Assembly: GCA_001794025.1 (NCBI GenBank)
Contig: MGJA01000010.1
Location: forward strand, 26,288-70,870
Direction of reading: 5' to 3'
Source of the DNA: Candidatus Yanofskybacteria bacterium RIFCSPHIGHO2_01_FULL_41_21
GTDB lineage: Bacteria > Patescibacteriota > Minisyncoccia > 2-02-FULL-40-12 > GWA2-44-9
Length of the DNA stretch: 44,583 nt
The position numbers and the translations under genes were made by a program. Position 1 is the stretch's first letter, and every line of letters starts with the position of its first letter. Of this stretch, positions 1 through 9,337 are shown one piece after another. A model generated the notes under the pieces. It saw only the letters and a list, made by a program, of their open reading frames with translations, did no database searches and was not told where the DNA came from.

Positions 1-1779
1 ATCGCCTGGTCTGTCAACTGTAGAGTTGGTATTTAAATCAGAACTGTTAACAACAATATTCTGTTGAGTGAAACTATCAACACCGGAAAAAGTCGCATTC
101 GTAAGGACTGGGGCAAAGGCACCGGCTTGGGTTGATGATGGATTGATAGCTACTTGAAAGATTAGTTCATAAGCCAATGTTCCACCGGTACCGATACCGT
201 ATGGCAAGGTACCAATATTCCAAACAATTTGAGAATTACTTTTGTTGAAGGTCGGTTGGGTTTGACCACTGCCAACACTAACCACGTTTTTCCAAGTAAC
301 CCCTTGGGGTAACGTCCCGACTATTTTAGTATTTGAAAGTGCATTGCCCGGATTCGTCACCAGCCAATGAATAGTGAAGGTTGTACTCTTGCCAACTTGA
401 GGCGGCATCGGACCGGATGAGCCAAACGATGCATCGTTGTAATACATTTTTTGAGAAAATGTCGGTTGGCTCGTAATTTTGGTGATAATATCATCAACGA
501 CACTAATTTTATTAATATCAATCGTATCGGGAACATTCTCTGTTTCTAAAGCAATAGTCGCATGGACCAAGGTATTGCCAGAACCAGAACCTGACGTTTG
601 TTTTAATTTTACAGAAAAGACAACTGTACCAGTGGCTCTGGGCGCCAATGAATTAAAATCCGGAACCACGGTTGAATTCCAGTTAATAGTTCCCGTTGAA
701 GAATCGTAAAATCCACCACGCGTATCAAGCGACGACAAATCATACATACTACCGGCCAGTTTGACCGTTAAATTCAGTCCGCTGAATGTGAGGTTAGAGG
801 CGTTGGTATATTTGATTGAATATAAAAGTATATCGCCACCGTGAGAAATATAATTGGCGCTTCCATTAACTGTTGTGTTGATGTTAAGTAATGGTGTTGA
901 AATAACAGTGGTTACGGTTGTTTTCTCGTAGTCAACGTATGTTCCATTGATATTTCGTTGCAAGGTTACATTGACGGCCTTTGATTCGCCTTGTCGGCCA
1001 GTAAGAGTCCCCTGAATCGTAATTCTGGAACCTGAATCTTTTTTCACAATTGGCAAACTCCAAACTGTATTACCGGCAGTAGCATTAGGTGAGACCTTTG
1101 TTACCTTAAAACCATCCGGATAGGTCAATACAAATTGCAAGTCCGAAATATCATCTCCGCTTTGATTCCTGTAATCAAGGATATACGTTACCGCTTGACC
1201 CGATACTGAAGTCGGCGGACCGACAAGGGTCAGGGCAACTGGCACATCGGAAATAGTAGTTGAAAGTTGAGCCGATTTTTCAAATTTTGATTTCAAATCC
1301 CCTGCGTCAAATGTAAGTTTCGCAAACGCAACTTTAATATTACCCTTATCACCGACAAGAAATGAGTGAAATTCTTCATCTTTTGAAGCGCCAGGTTCAA
1401 GGTCGGGTTCATCTACAACTTGAACATTACCGTTACTGGTTACAATCTGGCCATCTTTTACAATCGCTGAACTTTGGGGATAGTTAAACGAAAGTTTTAC
1501 ATTACGAAGTGTTGTCTTGGTTTTGTTTTGATAATTAACTTTATAAACAATCTCATCCCCAACCGAGGCCTGAGTCGGACCATCTATAGTTAAAACAACA
1601 CCGCTCTCAGTAAACGAAGAGCCACCATACAAAAATAAAAGAACGCTAATTATCCCCAACACAACTGCGGTAATAGTAGACCAAAAAAGAGCCCTCCGCG
1701 ACATATGTGAAGTCGGTTTTGGCATTGCTGGTGGAACAGAATAAAGTGGAGTTTGGGTAAAAGTGGGTAAATCAGACAT
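1..1779 (-). CDS. Membrane-anchored protein with repeated Ig-like/DUF11-like beta domains; 3' end runs off the window
   Basis: Absent from the ORF track because it has no stop in the window. Manual translation from ATG 1779 gives MSDLPTFTQ...ALFWSTITAVVLGIISVLLFLYGG (TM helix) then VVLTIDGPTQASVGDEIVYKVNYQN; the same frame reads sensibly at position 1. Confidence 0.75.
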   Translation of the reverse strand, partial: MSDLPTFTQTPLYSVPPAMPKPTSHMSRRALFWSTITAVVLGIISVLLFLYGGSSFTESGVVLTIDGPTQASVGDEIVYKVNYQNKTKTTLRNVKLSFNYPQSSAIVKDGQIVTSNGNVQVVDEPDLEPGASKDEEFHSFLVGDKGNIKVAFAKLTFDAGDLKSKFEKSAQLSTTISDVPVALTLVGPPTSVSGQAVTYILDYRNQSGDDISDLQFVLTYPDGFKVTKVSPNATAGNTVWSLPIVKKDSGSRITIQGTLTGRQGESKAVNVTLQRNINGTYVDYEKTTVTTVISTPLLNINTTVNGSANYISHGGDILLYSIKYTNASNLTFSGLNLTVKLAGSMYDLSSLDTRGGFYDSSTGTINWNSTVVPDFNSLAPRATGTVVFSVKLKQTSGSGSGNTLVHATIALETENVPDTIDINKISVVDDIITKITSQPTFSQKMYYNDASFGSSGPMPPQVGKSTTFTIHWLVTNPGNALSNTKIVGTLPQGVTWKNVVSVGSGQTQPTFNKSNSQIVWNIGTLPYGIGTGGTLAYELIFQVAINPSSTQAGAFAPVLTNATFSGVDSFTQQNIVVNSSDLNTNSTVDRPGD

Positions 1780-1797
1780 AGGGGTTTATTAATTATA

Positions 1798-2508
1798 TCA
1801 TTTTATAACCTGATAGAGAAAACCGAGGGATGATATTTTGCGCCCGACAGTGTATTCAAAAAAGGTATCTAAAGTGGAATGTTTAGTCGCTGGGGCTAAA
1901 CTTGTACCAATTAAAGAGTTTAAATCATTCTTTTCAAGCAATACACCTTGCCCACCCGCCAAAAAACAATCTGCGCACATCACTCCACCAAGTTCGGTGC
2001 TCAAGGCAATCATCCGTTCAGTCCCGACCATGGGATCGGTTGAGCAAACCACACATCTTTCAATTTGAGGTGCATATCCTAAAACTTTCAAAAAGCCCGC
2101 TTGATGTTTTCGAAATAACGGAAGAATGCCATCCGAAGACACATCATCAAAATCAACCAGCATCGTATTTAAAAATTCCCAGAGATGAGCATCTTTTTCA
2201 TTTTCAAAAGCAATCTTGTCCAGCACTTCGGTAAAAAATTGAACCGCCACCAGTTTGGGCAATGATTCCTTAATATTTAAATGTTGGTGAGACATCACCG
2301 CCGAAGAAATAATCGGCATTGATTTTCCATGAATCACTTCAAACTCCACGGTATTTAATAATTCCAAATGCATTGACTGCACCGAAGTCGGCTTGCACAC
2401 TCCCCTCGCCATCGCCCGCATCGTCCCATAATCCTCCGAATACAAAGTCACAATCTGATCGTATTCATTGGCCTGCTGTTTTTTAATCACAATCGCTTTA
2501 GTCCTCAT
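1798..2508 (-). CDS. recO: DNA repair protein RecO
   Basis: N-terminal OB fold (KAIVIKK..NEYDQIVTLYSEDYG..RAMARGV.K) and a C-terminal Zn finger CVVC...CADC after LGYAP. Confidence 0.9.
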   Translation of the reverse strand: MRTKAIVIKKQQANEYDQIVTLYSEDYGTMRAMARGVCKPTSVQSMHLELLNTVEFEVIHGKSMPIISSAVMSHQHLNIKESLPKLVAVQFFTEVLDKIAFENEKDAHLWEFLNTMLVDFDDVSSDGILPLFRKHQAGFLKVLGYAPQIERCVVCSTDPMVGTERMIALSTELGGVMCADCFLAGGQGVLLEKNDLNSLIGTSLAPATKHSTLDTFFEYTVGRKISSLGFLYQVIK

Positions 2509-2547
2509 GCGGGAGTTTCTAGTTTACAGTTTCTAGTTTACAGAAAA

Positions 2548-3123
2548 TTATTTAGCCATTTTTAATAATTCTTCCAAGACAACTGGTAATTCTTTTATTC
2601 CAGTTTCTTGACTGAAATGTCCCTTGCCATGCTCAATAAGTGTCCTAGCTCCTAATTTTTCTTTAAATGCATCCAAATTATCCAATGATACAAATTCATC
2701 GTCGTCAGAAAAAACAGCAACAATATTTTTTGTATGGTTTTTAACACTTTCAAAATCAATGGGTGTTTCTACCCATGGTCTCGCAATCTCAATTTCATTT
2801 TCGTCATAAACACCAATCAATTTTTTAATCCATCCGGCGACAAACACAACACCACCTATTTTCGCGTCTTCTTTTAGATCTCCCAAATATCTCAAAATGG
2901 CTTGGCAACCAATACTGTGACCGATTAAATACGTATTTTCATCTGGTTCCCCTACTAATTTTTCTAAAAACGGAACCCACTCCTCAATCCTAGGTTCATC
3001 TGTATTCGGCATAGCCGGCACCTGCACTTCAAATCCATTATTTTCCAACTCTTTTTTCAACCATGGAAACCAACCCTCTTCAGGAAACCCGCTCCAACCA
3101 TGAATAATAAATACTCGTTTCAT
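2548..3123 (-). CDS. YdeN/RBBP9-family alpha/beta hydrolase
   Basis: IIHGW..WFPWL, GHSIG nucleophile elbow, SDDDEFV and GHF motifs. Confidence 0.9.
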   Translation of the reverse strand: MKRVFIIHGWSGFPEEGWFPWLKKELENNGFEVQVPAMPNTDEPRIEEWVPFLEKLVGEPDENTYLIGHSIGCQAILRYLGDLKEDAKIGGVVFVAGWIKKLIGVYDENEIEIARPWVETPIDFESVKNHTKNIVAVFSDDDEFVSLDNLDAFKEKLGARTLIEHGKGHFSQETGIKELPVVLEELLKMAK

Positions 3124-3732
3124 TTATTCTATTACATGCTTTTCAAGAAAAACCGGCTTATTCTGACTAAGAGTTTTTTCCACAGTATCACCAACACCTT
3201 CACTTGCATTAACCTGAAACCCTACCAAGGCATCTGAAGCATTTACAACTTCGGTATTTCTTTCAAAATAGGTATTGGGGTCAACTACGGTATTTTGTTT
3301 ATTTTCTATCAATGCCTGAGGATTTGCTTTTCTTAACGCTTCCAATTGAGTTATTAATAACCCGGCTTGTTCTGAAGTTATCACTCCTTCCGTCGCCCGT
3401 TTGCGATAATGGGCAGAATAAAGTTCAAGAATAACTGGTAAGAATATTTTTATATATTTCGCTTCTGGATCTAACTTAAGGGCTTCATCCGTTGCGAACC
3501 AGTCGACATTTAAGGCCCCACCCGAAACAATACCGTCTCCTCGTTCTATTATTTTTCTCACCGCATTTCTAACTCCAATTTCTATCTCAGGACTAGTTTT
3601 TCTCCAACTACCGGATATTCCAAACCACAAAGTGCCTTTCCGGCGCTTTAAACTATCTAAACGAGTAAACAATTCCTCCAACGACCCAGCAAGTAATGAT
3701 TCTTTTTTATTTTGTGGAAGTTCTGTCGTCAT
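3124..3732 (-). CDS. SLOG-superfamily (DprA/LOG-like) nucleotide-binding protein
   Basis: GISGSWR, IVSGGALNVD, YFERN..VVNASDALVGF and G..DT...KPV motifs. Confidence 0.6.
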   Translation of the reverse strand: MTTELPQNKKESLLAGSLEELFTRLDSLKRRKGTLWFGISGSWRKTSPEIEIGVRNAVRKIIERGDGIVSGGALNVDWFATDEALKLDPEAKYIKIFLPVILELYSAHYRKRATEGVITSEQAGLLITQLEALRKANPQALIENKQNTVVDPNTYFERNTEVVNASDALVGFQVNASEGVGDTVEKTLSQNKPVFLEKHVIE

Positions 3733-3745
3733 TTTATTAAAAACC

Positions 3746-6700
3746 TTACTTTTTAATTCCTAAGTAAATCTTTTTATCTGGTCCCAATAAGGATTCCTTA
3801 TACAGGTCGTAGTCGCCGTGTTTCTCTTTTTGTTCAAGCGATTTTAAAACCGTATCTTTTTTAATTTCTTCGGACCATTCGGTGATGGCGGAAATTATTT
3901 CTTTGTCTTCACTATACCAATCAACCATGACAGAATCATCCATCTGGTATTTGGCTTCTTTGCGCATATCTTGAATTTGACGCATCAGTTCTCGCGCATA
4001 ACCTTCGCGAGTTAATTCCGGCGTAAGTTCCCATTCAAAATCCATTTTCGGTAAACTCTCGTCAGGTTTTATGTATTTTATTTTTTTAACATTTAACTCT
4101 TCCCTTATTAAATCTTCCAGATTCCCAAATTCTTCGGTAGATTTAAATATAGAAAGAGGTTGACGAACCTTAATTTGTTTATCCTTTCTCAATTTAAGGC
4201 CAACGGCTATGGCTTCTCTCGCTAAATTCATCCTTAATTCTAATTTATCATCCACATATTTCCTATGAAATTTCGGCCAATCAGTTAAATGAACGGATTC
4301 GGGTTCATTCATTGAAAATTGTAAATTGGTAACTGATAATTGTCGATTGCTTTGCAATCGGTGGTACATATCTTCCGCCATAAAAGGTGTAAATGGAGCA
4401 AGGAGTTTAGATACTTCTATTAATACATTTCTCAATAATGGCAATGCTTCTTTTCGACGACGCGAACGGCGCAACCACCAATTAGATAAATCATCAGTTA
4501 AAAATTGATCAATGGCTCGGCCTGCCGAAGCGACATCATATTTATCCAAATTATCGGTCACGGAAGAAATTGTCCGATGTAGACGAGACATCAGCCATTT
4601 GTCTAATAAGGTAAAAGTCAAAAGCCCTAAGTCATAAGTATCAGAATTATTACTTTTTGCTTCTTCCTTTTTACTTTCTGCGTAGAGTTCATAAAAACGA
4701 ATACAGTTTTGAAGTGTGAAGAAAAAACCTTTCAATTTATCTTCAATCTCCCGAGGGATTACGGCTTTACTTTCCCCAGCCGCAACAGTGGACATAAAAT
4801 ACCAACGAATAACATCCGTACCGTATTTATCCATCAGTTCCATCACGGGCACAAAGTTACCTTTTGATTTAGACATTTTCTGGCCTTTCTCATCTAGGGT
4901 GTGTCCAAGAACTAAAACATTTTTATAAGGAGCACCCCGACCAAGCAAAGTTGAAATACCTAAAAGTGTCCAGAACCAACCACGGGTCTGGTCAACGGCT
5001 TCCACAATAAAATCGGCCGGAAATTGTTTTTTAAAAACATCTTTATTTTCAAACGGATAATGCCATTGAGCAAAGGGCATCGCGCCGGAATCAAACCAGA
5101 CATCAATGAGGTCGGGAATCTTTCTCATTTTTGACTTACACTTTGGACATTTAATGACGACGTCATCAATAAATGGCCGGTGTAAATCCAATTCGCCGTA
5201 TTCATTGCGCGGAATTTTGCGCCATTCCAGTTTACGAATTTCCGCAAGATTAGGAGCAAAATACGGGAAGACATCGGGATTTTTCAATTCGTCTCCGGAA
5301 TATCCATGAGCAATGGCCTGAAAGAAATACATCGGCTGACCATGAGTAACTATCAAAATTTTCTTGTTGCGGTGCTTTGATTCCATATCTTTCATAAAAT
5401 CAGTCACTCGTGTCCTTATTGATTCCGCGCTTTCGGTTCCTTCCGCATACTGCATGGTTCCGGTATCCGATTTACCCTCAAATTCAAGAAGGTATTCCTT
5501 CTCAACTAATCTTTCATCTGTTTCGACTTTATGGTGCAAAACCTGACCCGCTATTTCCGCGGTCTCCTTAGTTCTAAAAAATGGTGAGGCATAAATCGCA
5601 TCAATGCCATCTAGTTTTAAAAGTTCCAATGAACGCTCCACACCCTCTCGACCTTCATCTGTAAGGTGGTAGGTGTCTAAACTAAGTTGTGAATTGACAA
5701 TTGGTTTATCACTACTTTCATTACGAGTCGTCGCTCCATGACGCATTATGTAATAAGTATTTTTAGAACCGAGAGACAGTTTCTCCAGTTCTTTAATAGA
5801 GCCAATGGCGGTTTTGTGGTCACACTGACCGCACTCCCAAATTGGGAGTGGTGTCCCCCAATATCTTTCACGGGATAGTGTCCAGTCCCTTCCTTCTCGC
5901 AACCATCCGCCAAATCGTCCATCTTTAATATGTTCAGGAACCCAATTGACGGTTGCATTATTGGCGAGCAATTCTTTGTTAAGCGCAGATGTTCGTATAA
6001 ACCAAGACGTTTTGGCGTAATACAACAAAGGCGTATTACAACGCCAACAGAACGGATAGTCGTGCTCATAGTCCTCAATTTTTAAAAGTTGATTTCTTTC
6101 CTGAAGTTTTTCAAGAATTAAATCTTCAACGGCCTTGTTCTTTTTTCCGTTCTCAATAATAGCTTTTCCGCCGAGTCCGTCACCCAGAGAATCAATAAAC
6201 TTCCCCTGTTCGGTAACAGTATGAATTTTTGGTAAGTTTAATTTTGTACCAAGAATATAGTCATCTTCACCATACATCACCGCCGTATGAACCACGCCCG
6301 TTCCGTCTGTTGTAGAAACAAAATCTGCTGGATAGACCTTATATGATGTATCGGATTTCAGTTCCGGCACATCAAACAATGGTTCATATTCTAAACCAAC
6401 CAGTTCACTGCCTTTGTAGTTCTTGGCCATTAGCGAATAGCCATTAGCCGACCCAAATACTTTTTCCACCAAATCCTTCGCTAGGATTAATTTTTCTCCA
6501 TCAAGTTCAACGGTCGCGTAATCAATTTCGGGTCCCACCGCTAAAGCAACATTGCCCGGTAACGTCCACGGGGTAGTCGTCCATGCAAGAATATACACCG
6601 GCGAATTTCCAATTTCCAATTTCCAATTTCCAATTTTGGAATGCGGACCTATAACTTTAAATTTAAGGTAGACGGACCTCTCCGTCGTCAGTTTATATCC

Positions 6701-7288
6701 TTGAGAAACCTCATGGGCCGAAAGAGCTGTTCCGCATCGGACACAAAGAGGCACAATCTTGTGGGCCTGATAAAGCAAGTCCTTATCCCAAATCGTCTTA
6801 AGAATATTCCAGACCGATTCCATATATCCCGTTTCGTAGGTAACATACGGATGATCCAGATCCAGCCAAAAACCCATCCGCCGCGTCATGTCTTCCCATT
6901 CTTTGGTATACTTCCAAACACTTTGTCGGGCTTTGCGATTAAACTTAGCAATACCGTATTCTTCAATCTGTTTTTTATTACTAAAACCCAGTTCTTTTTC
7001 AATTTCAATTTCCACGGGTAAACCATGGGTATCCCAACCGGCTTTTCGGAGAACAAAAAAGCCCCGCATGGTTTTATAGCGTCCGTATAAGTCCTTCGGC
7101 AAACGAGTTAAAAAGTGACCGATATGGGGCTTGCCATTGGCGGTGGGCGGACCTTCCCAAAACACAAAACGCTTCCCCTCCCGGCGAAGCTCAAGTGATT
7201 TCTCAAAAATAGCATGATCGTCCCAAAATTTCCGGACCTTATCCTCCGTATTCTTGAAGTCGTACACCAGGTAGTAGAAATCCGACAT
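3746..7288 (-). CDS. ileS: Isoleucine--tRNA ligase (type 2-like) with an inserted histidine-phosphatase domain; true start may be GTG 7267
   Basis: EGPPTANGKPHIGH (HIGH), GWDTHGLP, WTTTPWTLPGN, SRERYWGTP, DVWFDSG, DQTRGWF, KMSKS; the insert carries YIMRHG. Confidence 0.95.
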   Translation of the reverse strand: MSDFYYLVYDFKNTEDKVRKFWDDHAIFEKSLELRREGKRFVFWEGPPTANGKPHIGHFLTRLPKDLYGRYKTMRGFFVLRKAGWDTHGLPVEIEIEKELGFSNKKQIEEYGIAKFNRKARQSVWKYTKEWEDMTRRMGFWLDLDHPYVTYETGYMESVWNILKTIWDKDLLYQAHKIVPLCVRCGTALSAHEVSQGYKLTTERSVYLKFKVIGPHSKIGNWKLEIGNSPVYILAWTTTPWTLPGNVALAVGPEIDYATVELDGEKLILAKDLVEKVFGSANGYSLMAKNYKGSELVGLEYEPLFDVPELKSDTSYKVYPADFVSTTDGTGVVHTAVMYGEDDYILGTKLNLPKIHTVTEQGKFIDSLGDGLGGKAIIENGKKNKAVEDLILEKLQERNQLLKIEDYEHDYPFCWRCNTPLLYYAKTSWFIRTSALNKELLANNATVNWVPEHIKDGRFGGWLREGRDWTLSRERYWGTPLPIWECGQCDHKTAIGSIKELEKLSLGSKNTYYIMRHGATTRNESSDKPIVNSQLSLDTYHLTDEGREGVERSLELLKLDGIDAIYASPFFRTKETAEIAGQVLHHKVETDERLVEKEYLLEFEGKSDTGTMQYAEGTESAESIRTRVTDFMKDMESKHRNKKILIVTHGQPMYFFQAIAHGYSGDELKNPDVFPYFAPNLAEIRKLEWRKIPRNEYGELDLHRPFIDDVVIKCPKCKSKMRKIPDLIDVWFDSGAMPFAQWHYPFENKDVFKKQFPADFIVEAVDQTRGWFWTLLGISTLLGRGAPYKNVLVLGHTLDEKGQKMSKSKGNFVPVMELMDKYGTDVIRWYFMSTVAAGESKAVIPREIEDKLKGFFFTLQNCIRFYELYAESKKEEAKSNNSDTYDLGLLTFTLLDKWLMSRLHRTISSVTDNLDKYDVASAGRAIDQFLTDDLSNWWLRRSRRRKEALPLLRNVLIEVSKLLAPFTPFMAEDMYHRLQSNRQLSVTNLQFSMNEPESVHLTDWPKFHRKYVDDKLELRMNLAREAIAVGLKLRKDKQIKVRQPLSIFKSTEEFGNLEDLIREELNVKKIKYIKPDESLPKMDFEWELTPELTREGYARELMRQIQDMRKEAKYQMDDSVMVDWYSEDKEIISAITEWSEEIKKDTVLKSLEQKEKHGDYDLYKESLLGPDKKIYLGIKK

Positions 7289-7402
7289 GCACCTTAGGTT
7301 TTAGACCCAAGCCACAACATCGGACTTTCTTGTTATCTTTATGTCCCGAGGCAGTTAATCTAATCGGTGTAACTAAAACCCGGTCGGATTTTCACTACCT
7401 GG
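7267..7402 (-). repeat. Structured ~136-nt element, family A copy 1, ending at the ileS GTG
   Basis: CCAGGTAGTGAAAATCCGAC...GTCGGATTTCTACTACCTGG terminal inverted repeat; homologous to 17452-17590. Confidence 0.8.
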
Positions 7403-7416
7403 TACATATCCTCTTT

Positions 7417-7444
7417 ACTATACCTTATTTTGATTAAAATTCAA
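7417..7444 (-). promoter_or_regulatory. Putative sigma70 promoter for ileS
   Basis: TTGAAT-N16-TATAGT on the minus strand. Confidence 0.4.
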
Positions 7445-7674
7445 CTTGATTTTATGTAAAAAGAAGCCCTTAATACTCTCGAGAGTAGGCTACTGTATTT
7501 CGAATCAAGGTCCGGAATCGCCGAAATCCCAAATTCCTAATCCTGCCAGAATTGTGAAGATCAAGGTCTTTGCAAGCGTGCGGATAAATTTGTGACACTC
7601 CTTATCTGTCTTTAATGCGGATGTTTAGCTGCCGCAACAAAAACCGTAGCCAAAGAAGAAGCCAGATAATAAAT

Positions 7675-7795
7675 GACGCGGTATGACTCCGACAACGTGC
7701 CGTACCTGTACCTCAACGACGACGAACCGGCGCTGAACGCGAACTGGAACGACAATGCCAATCCGAAGTGGGGTGCCCCGTCCTTCGGTAGTGTC
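7675..7795 (+). repeat. DGR template repeat (TR) including IMH*
   Basis: Aligns without gaps over 121 nt to the reverse complement of 9350-9470; rich in AAC/GAC/TAC codons; mismatches fall at TR adenines. Confidence 0.97.
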
Positions 7796-7797
7796 CA

Positions 7798-7834
7798 TAA
7801 ACTTAAAAACGGCTTCATGCCGTTTTTAAGTTTA
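7798..7834. other. Perfect 16-bp hairpin directly 3' of the TR, with the avd stop codon in its loop
   Basis: TAAACTTAAAAACGGC-ttcat-GCCGTTTTTAAGTTTA. Confidence 0.8.
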
Positions 7835-8186
7835 GTGATTTCATCCAGCCACCAAGTTGTTTGCCAATATCTTGAATTTTAGATTCAAGAGAAAGATATT
7901 TTTTGTTATCAATTATCCTTAGTTCTCTAGCTGAACGTAGTAGAAACTTTAATACTTCAAATTTATTATTGGCGACAATAAGAATTGGCAATCTCTCATC
8001 TTTTGAAACCGCGACTGCCCCATAAATTTGCTCTATAAAATCCAACAAGTAATCTTCACAGCGTTTACCCAAAAGATACTGATCCTGTTTGGGGAACATT
8101 TTTAAGTAACCATAAAACTCTTTGTATAAATCGGCGGTCTTTTGGACTATTGGCGCTTCTTGGTCAATTTGCTGTATATTGTTCAT
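7815..8186 (-). CDS. avd: DGR accessory variability determinant Avd (four-helix bundle)
   Basis: 123 aa; FPKQDQYLLG, LKFLLR.A.EL and IGKQLGGWMK match the Avd/four-helix-bundle family; lies between TR and RT. Confidence 0.9.
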   Translation of the reverse strand: MNNIQQIDQEAPIVQKTADLYKEFYGYLKMFPKQDQYLLGKRCEDYLLDFIEQIYGAVAVSKDERLPILIVANNKFEVLKFLLRSARELRIIDNKKYLSLESKIQDIGKQLGGWMKSLNLKTA

Positions 8187-8189
8187 GTT

Positions 8190-9238
8190 ATGAAAATTAA
8201 TTTATTTGAAAAAACTATTTCCATGGAGAGCTTACTGGAAGCTTGGGATAAATTCAAGGCCGGCAAGAGACGAAGAACCGACGTTCAAATATTTGAGAAA
8301 AGGCTTGAAGATAACCTTTTTAAACTACACGGGGAACTCAGTAGTAAAACTTACCGTCATGGTCCGTACGAAAAATTCTATATTCGCGATCCAAAAGTTC
8401 GGCTCATACACAAGTCCAGTGTCAGAGATCGAGTTGTTGACCATACTATTTTCAAAACCCTAAACGAAATCTTTGAACCCACATTTATTAACGAATCTTA
8501 CTCGTCCAGAATTGGTAAAGGCACCCATCGAGGTATTAAAAGTTTAAAAGAATATCTTATAGAGACACAAAAAGTGTATGGCAAATGTTTTGTCTTAAAA
8601 TGTGACGTTAAAAAGTTTTTCCATTCAATCAATCACAATATTTTAATTTATATCATTCAAAGAAAAGTTACCGATCTAAACATGATCTGGCTCATCAAAC
8701 TACTACTGAAAAGCTTCCCGATTCGGGCGCAATTCGAGAGAGAGAGAGAGAGAGTAAAGCGTGCCCTATCGGTAATTTAACCTCTCAACTATTTGCTAAC
8801 ATATATTTGAACGAGCTTGATCAATACATAAAAAGAGAATTGCATGTAAAAAATTACATCCGTTACACTGATGATTTTATTGTCGTCCACCATAACAGAG
8901 AGTTTCTAGCTCAATTCATAACAACTATCAGAGTTTTTCTTCACGTAGAGCTAGGGCTGAAATTACACCCGAACAAAGTTGGCATCCGTAAGTATCGCCA
9001 AGGCATAGACTTTTTGGGCTATGTCGCTCTGCCTCGGGCCACGGTTTTACGGACAAAAACTAAAAATCGAATCCTGCGAAAAATCAAAGAAAGATTACTG
9101 CAGTTAAAAGAAGGCAAAATTACAGAAGAAAAATTTATGCAAACACTAAATTCTTATTTGGGAGTTTTAAGTCATGCCAACAGCCACAAATTACGATCAG
9201 AGATTATGGATTATATTTGGAAAAATTTGAATGAGTGA
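8190..9238 (+). CDS. DGR reverse transcriptase, frameshifted in the (GA)9G tract at 8736-8754 (348 aa if one GA unit is lost)
   Basis: First frame: DPKVRLIH..VRDRVV, SYSSRIGKGTH, LKCDVKKFFHSINH. Second frame: PIGNLTSQLFANIYLNELD, YIRYTDDF, GIDFLGY, SYLGVLSHANS. Confidence 0.92.
8736..8754 (+). repeat. (GA)9G dinucleotide tract at the RT frameshift
   Basis: ttc-GAGAGAGAGAGAGAGAGAG-taaagcg. Confidence 0.95.
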
Positions 9239-9256
9239 GTTTATTAAAATTAAATG

Positions 9257-9284
9257 CCCCCGAGTGCGCACGCGCACTCGGGGG
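9257..9284. terminator. GC-rich 12-bp hairpin between convergent RT and target; terminator and/or DGR homing stem-loop
   Basis: CCCCCGAGTGCG-cacg-CGCACTCGGGGG, about 65 nt 3' of the VR, followed by a T-rich run on the minus strand. Confidence 0.65.
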
Positions 9285-9337
9285 ATAAAACCTCAACCCC
9301 CAACCATCAACAACCAATCAGGTCAAAAGGTCAAGGA

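Noticed and set aside
7289-7410. T-box riboswitch upstream of ileS
   Set aside because: No recognisable T-box antiterminator consensus or terminator; the region matches the element before tsaD instead.
7673-7882. 69-aa ORF resembling the target C-terminus, read as a paralogous gene
   Set aside because: It is the TR read in frame (Asn/Asp/Tyr-rich because of its adenine codons) and overlaps avd; TRs act as RNA templates.
8142-9238. RT as a group II intron, retron or CRISPR-associated RT
   Set aside because: No maturase or endonuclease extension, intron structure, msr/msd or cas genes; the adjacent avd and A-specific TR/VR pair indicate a DGR.
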